Below, piece after piece: positions 17,248 to 25,139 of a stretch of DNA of 41,335 nt. Where the stretch lies: positions 1 through 41,335 of IMG/VR virus record IMGVR_UViG_3300042559_000133; one strand, given 5' to 3'. The translations under genes and the position numbers were made by a program. The notes below the pieces were generated by a model. That model was not told the DNA's origin. It did no database searches and saw only the letters and a list, made by a program, of their open reading frames with translations. Origin of the DNA: a virus. Taxonomy: Duplodnaviria > Caudoviricetes. Position 1 is the stretch's first letter; each line of letters starts with the position of its first letter.

Positions 17248-18573
17248 CTATCTCATGGTGGCGTAGGGATCATAGTCTTCGCGCTTTCGCACACGCGCAC
17301 CGGGCGCGATCAGCTCGATCGGGTCCCGCGGCGCCACTGGATACGCAAACGTCAAAGCCAGGGCGTCGCCCAGGTCAGGCGATGGCAGGCCACGCTTTTT
17401 GATTTCGTCCTTCGGCTCGAGCTGAATGCGGCCGGCTGAGTCATACCAGAACTTCGGAGCTGCCAGGTCCTGCTTCATGTCGACCCGGTTCGGGATCGCA
17501 CCGCCCAGCTTGATCCACTCCCGAATCTCGAACCACATCTCGGCCCGCTTGTTGAGGAACCGCGGGTCCGTGGCCTTGCCGCCGAACGGGACCTCGATCA
17601 CATCGATGTTGAGCTGGCGCAGGCGATCGATCACGCCGCTGCCCTGGCCTGCATCAATGAAGACTGCCTCCGGCCGCCACTCAGTGATCTTGGCTGCAAC
17701 CTTGGCGGCCAGCTCCATGTTGTCCAGGCCGCGGTAGATCAGCGGCTCCATGCACGCCAGGCCCTGGCGAGGGAACAGCACCGACCGATCGTCGCCGAAC
17801 CTAGCCGGGTCGACGCCCAGGATGCGAGGCGCCAGCCTGATCTGGTCCGGCATGATCACGCGCTGCGCTGCGATCTCGACGTCCGACAGCGAGATCAGCT
17901 GGTCGTCGCCAGCGGCGCTGAAGTCGCACAGGTACTCGCGTGCAAACGACGTCTCCGACATGTCGCGCCGCAAACGCTCCACCTCTTCCGGGTCGATCGA
18001 GTTGGTGTCATACACGGTATAGCGGCCGGAATGCCAGTCGGACAGCGTGGCTGCCTTGAAGTAGAGCTCTGAAAACAGGTTGACGCCAGACGGCGTGCCG
18101 ATAAACAGGGCCCAGCCTTTGCGGTCCGACAGCGCTGGCTGCAGGATGTCGGTCCAGGTTTCGGGTTTGATCTGGGCCACCTCGTCAATGACCACGCCGT
18201 CCAGACGCACGCCTCGCATAGCGTCTGGATTGTCGGCGCCGAAGATGCGGACCACGGCGCCGTTGTGTTTGAACGTGACCGAGAGCTCGCCCTCGTTGAT
18301 CTCGACCGCGCCATGCCTGCGAAGCGGCTCGATGCGCGCCTTCAGCCTGGCCCAGGCGATTGCCTTGGCCTGCTTGAGGTATGGCGCCACATAGAAGAAC
18401 AGACCCAGGTCTTGCTTGAACAGCAACGCATGGTCGAGCAGCTCCATGATAGCGAGCTCGGTCTTGCCAGCCCGTCGGTGCAAGGCCAGGACCGTGAAGC
18501 GCTTGCGCTGCCGGTGACATTGCCGCTGCCAGTCGCGCGGGAAATATCCCAGGCCTATCTCATGATCACTCAC
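17248..18573 (-). CDS. terL: Terminase large subunit, 441 aa
   Basis: HRRAGKT Walker A, VVIDE Walker B, IGTP coupling motif, GVDPARFGDD and SPDLGDALAL nuclease motifs. Confidence 0.96.
   Translation of the reverse strand: MSDHEIGLGYFPRDWQRQCHRQRKRFTVLALHRRAGKTELAIMELLDHALLFKQDLGLFFYVAPYLKQAKAIAWARLKARIEPLRRHGAVEINEGELSVTFKHNGAVVRIFGADNPDAMRGVRLDGVVIDEVAQIKPETWTDILQPALSDRKGWALFIGTPSGVNLFSELYFKAATLSDWHSGRYTVYDTNSIDPEEVERLRRDMSETSFAREYLCDFSAAGDDQLISLSDVEIAAQRVIMPDQIRLAPRILGVDPARFGDDRSVLFPRQGLACMEPLIYRGLDNMELAAKVAAKITEWRPEAVFIDAGQGSGVIDRLRQLNIDVIEVPFGGKATDPRFLNKRAEMWFEIREWIKLGGAIPNRVDMKQDLAAPKFWYDSAGRIQLEPKDEIKKRGLPSPDLGDALALTFAYPVAPRDPIELIAPGARVRKREDYDPYATMR
17269..17301 (-). promoter_or_regulatory. 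Putative late promoter GGTGCGCGTG-N17-TATGAT inside the terL 3' end
   Basis: Same motif and spacing; near-consensus -10 lies ~30 nt upstream of the first virion-gene start (17239). Confidence 0.62.
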
Positions 18574-18883
18574 GCGGCACGCCTGTGGTCACGTGCAGAA
18601 CGAATCCACCAGGGTCTGCGTTCTTCAGCTCGGTCGGCAACACCTTGCCGATCAGGGACAGGAACGCTGTGGGATTGTCTTCGGCCTGGCGCTGCAGGTA
18701 GGCCTGCCCACCGGCACCATCCAATGCGCCCAGGATCATGTCCTTGAGCGCTGCGTTCGCTTTGTTGGGCACGCCTTTCGGTCGCCCCTTGCCGGCATTC
18801 GGTGGCTTTGGCCTGGTCGACACCGGCTTCGCTGCATCAATCGCAACATCAGTAAATGTCACTAGTTTGCTGTTAGACATCAT
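18566..18883 (-). CDS. terS: Terminase small subunit
   Basis: GKGRPKGVPNK...LKDMILGALDGAGG..YL...NPTAFLSLIGKVLP; directly upstream of terL; GAGGG RBS. Confidence 0.8.
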   Translation of the reverse strand: MMSNSKLVTFTDVAIDAAKPVSTRPKPPNAGKGRPKGVPNKANAALKDMILGALDGAGGQAYLQRQAEDNPTAFLSLIGKVLPTELKNADPGGFVLHVTTGVPRE

Positions 18884-19154
18884 TTCCCTCGACATCAAGA
18901 GTCTTCCATCCAAACGGTGTCTGAGCTCTGCGCCGGTACTGGCAGATGCCGGCGATCATTGACTTGCTCACGCCATACATCTCGGCCAGCTGGCTGTACT
19001 TCAGCCCGTGATCTTCGTGAAGGTCCCGGATGCGATCGATCTGCTCATTGGTGAGCTTTGCGTTGCGGTGGTCTTCACCGATCGCATATCCCTTGTCATT
19101 CACAGCAATCACCTTTCGCATGGGCACCTCCGCAAATTGCTTTGCGGTCATCAT
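18873..19154 (-). CDS. HTH DNA-binding protein, candidate late activator
   Basis: GEDHRNAKLT...GLKYSQLAEMYGVSKSMIAGIC HTH; ATGA overlap with the rusA stop. Confidence 0.75.
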   Translation of the reverse strand: MMTAKQFAEVPMRKVIAVNDKGYAIGEDHRNAKLTNEQIDRIRDLHEDHGLKYSQLAEMYGVSKSMIAGICQYRRRAQTPFGWKTLDVEGNDV

Positions 19155-19516
19155 GTTACGCATTTCGCACCATGCTGTGCGACGCTAACCATGGCCATAC
19201 CGCCGCCTCTGACCTCTGCCCACTCAAGGGTCAAACGGCGGATGAGCTTGTCGTCCTGCCACACGCCGGCCTTGGTGATGGCATCAGCGATCACCTTCCA
19301 TGCGTTGTCCAGGTCCCGGCGCCGCTTGTCTGGCGGATGCAACACACAGGTGACCTCGAGCTCGATGTCCAGGTTGACGACCTTGGCCTGGGTCATGACG
19401 ATGGACCGCACCAGGCTGTAGTACCGCCTGGCCTCTTCGGTCAGGTAATGCTTGCCGCCTGCATGCTTCCACATGTGATTGCCTGATGGCGGATATGGCA
19501 ACAACAACTCGATCAT
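19151..19516 (-). CDS. rusA: RusA-family Holliday junction resolvase
   Basis: LPYPPSGN...PPDKRRRDLDNAWK...D.ITKAGVWQDD; GGGGGAG RBS. Confidence 0.93.
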   Translation of the reverse strand: MIELLLPYPPSGNHMWKHAGGKHYLTEEARRYYSLVRSIVMTQAKVVNLDIELEVTCVLHPPDKRRRDLDNAWKVIADAITKAGVWQDDKLIRRLTLEWAEVRGGGMAMVSVAQHGAKCVT

Positions 19517-19537
19517 CTCTCCCCCTTTTCTGGTCCC

Positions 19538-19731
19538 GTCCACGTCGTGTCCACTGAGTGTCCACCCTTATAAAGGGTGGTGGACACGTGGACACCTGGC
19601 AAAACTTTTTGTCCATGGCTTTCGTGGACAAAAAACGTAGCGTTCATGCGGGTTTTGCTGGTAGTGTCCACTGTTGTCCATGGACACCATGGACATTGTC
19701 AAACTGCTACTGTCCACGCCATTCGTGGACA
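19538..19731. repeat. Putative replication origin: 13 (T)GTCCAY/RTGGAC(A) iterons in inverted pairs
   Basis: Non-coding region right after the primase-helicase; includes CCACCCTT-ATA-AAGGGTGG and TTTTTGTCCA-N9-TGGACAAAAA. Confidence 0.75.
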
Positions 19732-19743
19732 AGATTTGTTGCA

Positions 19744-21618
19744 TCATTTGCTACGTTTCCAGACTGGTTTGCCGTTGCCCATGACGACGTGCCCGGTCCT
19801 GGAAAGTGCGCCTGCGCCTTCCTCGGTGATGCCCTGGTCGTTGATGAAGCCGAAGCGCTTGAGCGATGACATGATGTTGCCTGCCGTTGACTTCGAGCAC
19901 TCGAGGTCGTCCGCCAGGCGGCGGATGGTCCGCCACTCCTGGTCGAGCAAGGTCATGACTTCGAGCGCCGTGATGCCGGACTTGTCGCTGCGCTCGGCGA
20001 TCTTGTTCTGAATCAAGTCGCCGGCCACGTCGAGCACAGCGCTGGTGACGGGCTCGCCGTCCTCATCGGTGACGCCCAGGTCGATACTGCGCAGCCGCAG
20101 CATCATCTCTTCCGGGAGCTCGGCTTCCTTCATCTTGGTGAACTTCACGCGCACCGTGCCGCTGTCGTCCTTGGTGACTTCGCACTCGGAATCGACGGCA
20201 GCCTTCAGAGCAGAGCTGCCGCGGGCCCGCTCCATGTTGTGGCCGCTGTGGTGGACGATGATCACGCAGCACTTGAATCGGTGGCGCAGCCACTTGTCCA
20301 CGTGCTGGATGAACTTGGACATGTCCTCGGTGCTGTTCTCATCCCCGGCGCCGAAGTTACGGGCCAGGGTGTCGATCACGATCGCACCAGGCACCTCGCC
20401 GTTGATGGCCACCTGGTCTGCAATCATGTCCGATACCTGGCGGACGTTCTCTTCGTCGAGTATCTGCATGGCGCCGCCGGACTTGAACACCGAGCCGCGC
20501 GGCAGCTTCATCTCGCGGCCCATTTCCCAGGCTCTGAAGCGCCGGGACAATCCGTTCAGACCCTCGCCGGCGATGTAGAACACCGGACCCTGCTTAACCT
20601 TGTTGGAAAACCAGGGCGCCCCGGTGGCGATCGAGCACGTGATGTCGACCGCGAAGAAAGACTTGCCGCCACCTGGTGGGCCGTACACCACCGCCAGGGA
20701 ATCCGTCTCGAAGAACCGCTTGACCAACCAGTCGATCGGCTGGATGTTGGAAACCAGGTCGGCCACATCGAAAAACTTGAAGCCAGTCGAAATGTCATTG
20801 CTGGCTGGCGCGTCGGCCACTACCTCAAACGCATCAACGGCCTGCGCCTCGATGTCCGCGACGGTCGCGCCGGCCTGGACCCAGTCGGCCAGGTCCTTGC
20901 CTGACAAAACATTGACAACCTTGACGGACTTCGCCACCCCTTTCAGAGTGTGGATTACCCACTCTGCATGCCTGATCCCTGGTTCGTCCTGGTCGGGAAT
21001 GACGACCACGTTGGCGCCGTCCAGGTACTGCGAGAACTCAGCGAGCCACTTGTTGCCGCTGCCGTTGTCGGCGCCCATGGCATTGCAGGTAGCCACCAGG
21101 CCCAGGGCCCTGGCTGCCTCGACGTCCTTCTCGCCCTCACAGATGAAGACTGTGCGTCCCTCTGCGACCGCGACAAGAACCTCGGGCAACCGATACAGCA
21201 CTCGGCGCACGCCCTTGATGGACCAGACCCACTGGCCATTGACCATCGCACGCTGCCGAAATGTCTTCGGCTCGTAGCGCAGCGCTTGGTAGAGCACCTC
21301 GCCATGCTCATCGGTGTAGTCATACGTGGCGACCGGCTGTCCCTTGGGTTGTCCAAGGTTGATCTGGACAGGCGCCGGTATCGGAGCCTCTGGCCCAGGC
21401 CTTGCGCTTGGCCACAAACCATGCGCCTTGAGCTCGCTGACAACCAGCGCCTGATCACATCCTGCATGGCAGTGGACCAGCAGCTTGCCGTCCTGTTTTT
21501 CTGCGATGGAAAGTGAGGCCCTTTTGTCGTCGTGCGCCGGGCACCGGCACGACCAGTTGTCGCCTGATTTTGATGCGCCGCCTAAATGGCGGGCTATAGA
21601 TTCTGCTGTTGACTGCAT
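19744..21618 (-). CDS. Primase-helicase (Zn finger + TOPRIM + RepA/AAA_25 helicase), 624 aa
   Basis: CRCPAHDD...HCHAGC, CEGEKD, PDQD, GPPGGGKS, IVIDT, VHHSG, RGSSAL motifs. Confidence 0.93.
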   Translation of the reverse strand: MQSTAESIARHLGGASKSGDNWSCRCPAHDDKRASLSIAEKQDGKLLVHCHAGCDQALVVSELKAHGLWPSARPGPEAPIPAPVQINLGQPKGQPVATYDYTDEHGEVLYQALRYEPKTFRQRAMVNGQWVWSIKGVRRVLYRLPEVLVAVAEGRTVFICEGEKDVEAARALGLVATCNAMGADNGSGNKWLAEFSQYLDGANVVVIPDQDEPGIRHAEWVIHTLKGVAKSVKVVNVLSGKDLADWVQAGATVADIEAQAVDAFEVVADAPASNDISTGFKFFDVADLVSNIQPIDWLVKRFFETDSLAVVYGPPGGGKSFFAVDITCSIATGAPWFSNKVKQGPVFYIAGEGLNGLSRRFRAWEMGREMKLPRGSVFKSGGAMQILDEENVRQVSDMIADQVAINGEVPGAIVIDTLARNFGAGDENSTEDMSKFIQHVDKWLRHRFKCCVIIVHHSGHNMERARGSSALKAAVDSECEVTKDDSGTVRVKFTKMKEAELPEEMMLRLRSIDLGVTDEDGEPVTSAVLDVAGDLIQNKIAERSDKSGITALEVMTLLDQEWRTIRRLADDLECSKSTAGNIMSSLKRFGFINDQGITEEGAGALSRTGHVVMGNGKPVWKRSK

Positions 21619-21731
21619 CCCCTGTCCTGTTCTTTTTCTCCCCGTCCTTCAAAAGGTGCCAGCGCCGATAACCGGGACAGGGGTGTCAGTGAATCGCCCG
21701 TTAGCTAGACAGACGAATCGGCGCTGGCGTC
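21619..21731 (-). ncRNA. Candidate structured leader/antisense RNA controlling primase-helicase translation
   Basis: 12-bp perfect stem (21658-69/21717-28); the loop segment CCCCUGUCC is complementary to the GGACAGGGG RBS next to the ATG. Confidence 0.5.
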
Positions 21732-21759
21732 ATGATTATCGCATGCTGTTGCGAAAGGC

Positions 21760-22008
21760 TCACCGCTTCAGGCGTAATCCTGCAAGCTGCTCGATCGACA
21801 AAGCCACTCCCTTGTCCTGCGCCATCGAGGCCAACGCAGCCCAATGCTTCTGTGGGATACGTCCACCCGTCCCGCCGGTCTTTGCATCTTTGGACCAGCG
21901 GCTGACGGTCGACGCATGAACACCAAGGGAGCGGCCTATTTCCTGACAACCGCCCAGCATGCGAACTACCCCGTGAGCCGGGTTGAGTGTGTGCTTGATC
22001 TGAGACAT
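21760..22008 (-). CDS. Cro-like HTH regulator, 82 aa
   Basis: MLGGCQEIGRSLGVHASTVSRW...GGTGGRIPQKHW; divergent from the CI-like gene. Confidence 0.82.
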   Translation of the reverse strand: MSQIKHTLNPAHGVVRMLGGCQEIGRSLGVHASTVSRWSKDAKTGGTGGRIPQKHWAALASMAQDKGVALSIEQLAGLRLKR

Positions 22009-22040
22009 GAGGACAAACCTACGTAATGGAAAACGTCGCA

Positions 22041-22108
22041 ATTCTATCGGCTCTTGACACCACGTTGTGCCAAGCGCAACATCTTTGCGCTGTTGCGTAT
22101 CAAGCAAA
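22041..22108. promoter_or_regulatory. Divergent immunity control region with 17-bp operators
   Basis: GTTGTG-CCAAG-CGCAAC (22064-80) and GTTGCG-TATCA-AGCAAA (22092-108); TTGACA at 22054 (+) and TAGAAT at 22046-41 (-). Confidence 0.6.
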
Positions 22109-22121
22109 ACGTGAGAAAACT

Positions 22122-22706
22122 ATGAACCAGAGCTGGTTCCAGGACAAACTGAAGGCACTCAAAATATCGCAGCGTCAGCTGGGCAAGAAGATTGGCCTCG
22201 ACCCCGCCGCTGTTTCCAACATGTTCCAGGGCAAGCGCTCGATGTCCATGGACGACGCCAAGGCGATAGCCGACGTCTTCCTGGTGCCGGTCACCGAGAT
22301 CATGCGCCAGGCCGGCATCGATGTCGTAGATGACGTGCGCAAGGTGCCGATCGCTGGGCACATCGGGCCGGACTGCCAGGTCACGCTGCTGCCTGTGGGT
22401 ACCCATGACATGATCATCGCGCCGGCCGACGTACCCACCGGGTCGTTCGCCCTGCAGATGCGCGCCGTCAATACACCGAAGGACGGCTGGCTGTACTACG
22501 TGTCTGGCTCACAGCTCGATCCGACCGAATGCCTGGACAAGCTGTGCATCGTGGCGCTGAAGGACGGGCTCCTCATGCAGGCGGCCATCAAGCGCGGATA
22601 CAAGCAAGGCCTCTACAACCTGGTCATCATGTGCAGCAGCACGTCCGTCCTGGAGAACAAAGAAGTCGCCTGGGCCGCCAAGGTCCTGTGGATTCTCCCG
22701 ATGTAA
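22122..22706 (+). CDS. CI-like repressor (XRE HTH + degenerate S24-like domain), 194 aa
   Basis: ISQRQLGKKIGLDPAAVSNMFQGKRSM HTH; VPIAGHI linker; C-terminal beta domain ending WAAKVLWILP. Confidence 0.82.
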   Translation: MNQSWFQDKLKALKISQRQLGKKIGLDPAAVSNMFQGKRSMSMDDAKAIADVFLVPVTEIMRQAGIDVVDDVRKVPIAGHIGPDCQVTLLPVGTHDMIIAPADVPTGSFALQMRAVNTPKDGWLYYVSGSQLDPTECLDKLCIVALKDGLLMQAAIKRGYKQGLYNLVIMCSSTSVLENKEVAWAAKVLWILPM

Positions 22707-22715
22707 CTATTTGAC

Positions 22716-22740
22716 AACACATGAATAATTTTCATGTGTT
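22716..22740. terminator. Palindrome after the CI-like gene (terminator or protein-binding site)
   Basis: Perfect 10-bp inverted repeat AACACATGAA-TAATT-TTCATGTGTT. Confidence 0.4.
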
Positions 22741-22755
22741 TGTCGCACAAAGGGT

Positions 22756-22785
22756 ATTGCGTTTTCCGCACCAGGCGACGAGAAT
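22756..22785 (+). promoter_or_regulatory. Putative early promoter overlapped by an operator-like site
   Basis: TTGCGT-N17-GAGAAT; ATTGCG-TTTTC-CGCACC (22756-72) overlaps the -35. Confidence 0.5.
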
Positions 22786-22835
22786 CTCAATCACTGACAC
22801 AACGTCAGCAACTGAACTGAACTGGAGAACTGAAC

Positions 22836-23078
22836 ATGCAACTGAAAGCTCACTCAAAAAACAAAGCCATCACCCCAGCTGTCGGCATCAGCATCCTGCA
22901 CGCAGGCAAGAACGATTACCGCGTCGTCATCGACGGTGTTGGTGAATACGCTCAGACGCGCCACCTCGGCGTCGCATGCACAAAGATGTCTCACCTGGCC
23001 ATGCTGGACCGGGACAACATCGAGTGGGTGATCAATGCGATCACCACTTCCAATGCCAACGTCGCCCTGACCGTTTAA
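22836..23078 (+). CDS. Hypothetical protein, 80 aa
   Basis: GGAG RBS; first gene of the early operon. Confidence 0.7.
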   Translation: MQLKAHSKNKAITPAVGISILHAGKNDYRVVIDGVGEYAQTRHLGVACTKMSHLAMLDRDNIEWVINAITTSNANVALTV

Positions 23079-23096
23079 TCACCTGGAGAACACAAC

Positions 23097-23501
23097 ATGA
23101 CAATCGCACTCGCCACCGAAACCACCGTCACCATCGATCAACTGGTCGAAGACTTCATCGCTGCCAAAGCAGCAGAGAACGCAGCCAACAAGCGCCGCAT
23201 CAAGATCGAAGAGCAGATGATTGCTCTGCTCGGCAAGCGCGAAGAAGGCAGCCAGACGCATGAGCTGGCCAGCGGCATGAAGGTCACTATCACCGGCAAG
23301 CTGTCCTACAAAGCGGACATGGAAAAGCTGCAGGCTATCTGCGCCACGCTGCCGGCCGAGCTGCGCCCACTCAAAACCGAAATCAAACTCGATGAGACTG
23401 GTGCCAAATACCTGCGCGCCAATGACCCGACGATCTGGGCCAAGCTCGCTGAAGCTATCACCGTCAAAGAAGCCAAGGCCTCTGTCGAAGTCAAAGCCTA
23501 A
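23097..23501 (+). CDS. Conserved phage hypothetical protein (recombination module), 134 aa
   Basis: GGAG RBS; coiled-coil N-terminus; precedes Sak4. Confidence 0.75.
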   Translation: MTIALATETTVTIDQLVEDFIAAKAAENAANKRRIKIEEQMIALLGKREEGSQTHELASGMKVTITGKLSYKADMEKLQAICATLPAELRPLKTEIKLDETGAKYLRANDPTIWAKLAEAITVKEAKASVEVKA

Positions 23502-23526
23502 TCAACCAACCAACTGAAAGAACACC

Positions 23527-24258
23527 ATGGCATTCAATCTCGAATCAATCAAACGAAGCACGGGCATCAAGGCCCCACGCGTGATGATCTACGGCCCGCA
23601 CGGCCTGGGCAAAACCACCTTCGGTGCCGGCGCACCCAATCCGATTTTCATTCTGACCGAGGACGGCCTGGGCCGCCTCGAGGTCGACCACTTCCCTGTC
23701 GCCACGTCTTTTGATGACGTCATTGGTGCGATTGGCACATTGTATGAAGAAGATCACAACTTCGGCACTGTCGTCATCGACTCCCTAGACTGGCTCGACA
23801 ACCTGATCTGGAAAGACATCCACAGCAAGCACGACGACAAGTCGCTCGCCTATGGCAAGGGCGCCGTGATCGCCGCCGACTACTGGCGCACGGTGCTCGA
23901 TGGCCTGGCTGCGCTGCGTGATGACCGCGGCATGGCCATCGTGCTGATCGCTCACACCGAGATCAAGCGCTTCGACTCGCCAGAGACGGAGCCCTACGAC
24001 CGCTATCGCCCCAAGCTGCAGGAGCGCTCGAGCGCGCTGATCCAGGAATGGTGCGACGCAGTCCTGTTCTGCAACTACCGCGTCATCACGAAAGAAACCG
24101 AGGTCGGGTTCAACAAGGAAGTCCGCCGCGGTGTGACCACCGGCGAGCGCCTGATGTACACGACCGAGAAACCAGCCTACCTGGCGAAGAACAGGTACGG
24201 CCTGCCCGATTCGCTCCCGCTTTCCTGGGAGTCTTTTGCAACCGCCATCGCTAACTGA
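23527..24258 (+). CDS. sak4: Sak4-like AAA_24 ATPase/ssDNA annealing protein, 243 aa
   Basis: IYGPHGLGKTT, VVIDSLD, LIAH and AKNRY motifs; next to DUF669. Confidence 0.88.
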   Translation: MAFNLESIKRSTGIKAPRVMIYGPHGLGKTTFGAGAPNPIFILTEDGLGRLEVDHFPVATSFDDVIGAIGTLYEEDHNFGTVVIDSLDWLDNLIWKDIHSKHDDKSLAYGKGAVIAADYWRTVLDGLAALRDDRGMAIVLIAHTEIKRFDSPETEPYDRYRPKLQERSSALIQEWCDAVLFCNYRVITKETEVGFNKEVRRGVTTGERLMYTTEKPAYLAKNRYGLPDSLPLSWESFATAIAN

Positions 24259-24271
24259 GGAGAACTGAACC

Positions 24272-24769
24272 ATGGCCCAACTTAACTTTGATGCAAACAA
24301 CGTCGAACCGTCCGAGGGATTCGACTGCCTGCCGAAAGGCAAATACCTGTGCATGGCTGTCGCCAGCCAGATCAAGCCGACCAAGAACGGGAACGGCGAA
24401 TATCTGGAGATCACCTTCGAGGTGCTCGACGGCCAGGGCAAGGGTCGCAAAATCTGGGAGCGCCTGAACATTCGCAACGCGAACAAGAAGGCCGAAGAGA
24501 TCAGCCAGCGCCAGCTGTCTGCACTGTGCCGCGCCATCGGTGTGATGAACCTGTCCGACACCGATCAGCTGCACAACATCCCGGTCGTGCTCGACGTCGA
24601 GATCGAGCAGCGCGAAGGCTACGACCCGCAGAACCGGGTCAAGGCCTACAGCTCGAGCGGCAGCACGCAGCCGATCCCTGCATCGCCTGCTCTTCGATCC
24701 TCTGCTGTAGCAGCAGCTGCACCCGCAGCCTCTTCGACACCTGTGTGGAAGAAGAAGGCGGCAGCCTGA
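24272..24769 (+). CDS. DUF669-family ssDNA-binding protein, 165 aa
   Basis: FDCLPKGKY...GEYLEITFEVLDG..KGRKIWERLN...NRVKAY, ending PVWKK. Confidence 0.82.
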   Translation: MAQLNFDANNVEPSEGFDCLPKGKYLCMAVASQIKPTKNGNGEYLEITFEVLDGQGKGRKIWERLNIRNANKKAEEISQRQLSALCRAIGVMNLSDTDQLHNIPVVLDVEIEQREGYDPQNRVKAYSSSGSTQPIPASPALRSSAVAAAAPAASSTPVWKKKAAA

Positions 24770-24776
24770 CGATCAC

Positions 24777-24839
24777 GGGGGAAAGCGGATGCCGTGCCTT
24801 TTTACTTCTGAGGGTGCATCACGGTGCAGCGAGTACCCC
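24777..24839 (+). ncRNA. Candidate structured RNA hairpin with a loop-E/bulged-G-like motif
   Basis: GGGG-GAAA-GC-GGA-UGC...GCA-GC-GAGUA-CCCC enclosing CCGUG/CACGG; intergenic. Confidence 0.45.
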
Positions 24840-24861
24840 ACCTTTTAACTGGAGAACGAAA

Positions 24862-25137
24862 ATGAAACTGTTACTGATACCGCTGCTGCTGGCCATCGCG
24901 GCCTGCTCATCAAACAAGCCGGCGCCAGTAGTGGAGGCGCCACCCAAGCCGGTCGAGGTCGAGCTCGACACCGACAAGTACATGCGGCCGATGACACGCA
25001 ACGAAGTGATCATGGCCATCAATGAGTGTGAGGCCAACAACACGCGCGCCGTCGTCATCAACAGCCGCCGCAAGGTCAACGGCTACAGCACGGAAGTCGT
25101 CGTCGACGTGTCGTGCGCACCGAAGTACAGGTTCTGA
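24862..25137 (+). CDS. Lipoprotein, 91 aa
   Basis: MKLLLIPLLLAIAAC lipobox; GGAG RBS; two further cysteines. Confidence 0.8.
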   Translation: MKLLLIPLLLAIAACSSNKPAPVVEAPPKPVEVELDTDKYMRPMTRNEVIMAINECEANNTRAVVINSRRKVNGYSTEVVVDVSCAPKYRF

Positions 25138-25139
25138 TC

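Noticed and set aside
19538-19731. CRISPR array or MITE
   Set aside because: Repeats are 6-7 bp, in both orientations and irregularly spaced; no target-site duplication.
20146-20155. Further GGTGCGCGTG copy in the primase-helicase gene
   Set aside because: It encodes Val-Arg-Val and is followed at N17 by GGAAGC, not a -10; treated as chance.
22026-22121. N-terminal extensions of the CI-like (from 22026) and Cro-like (from 22107) ORFs
   Set aside because: They would overlap each other and the operators; the domains begin at 22122 and 22008.
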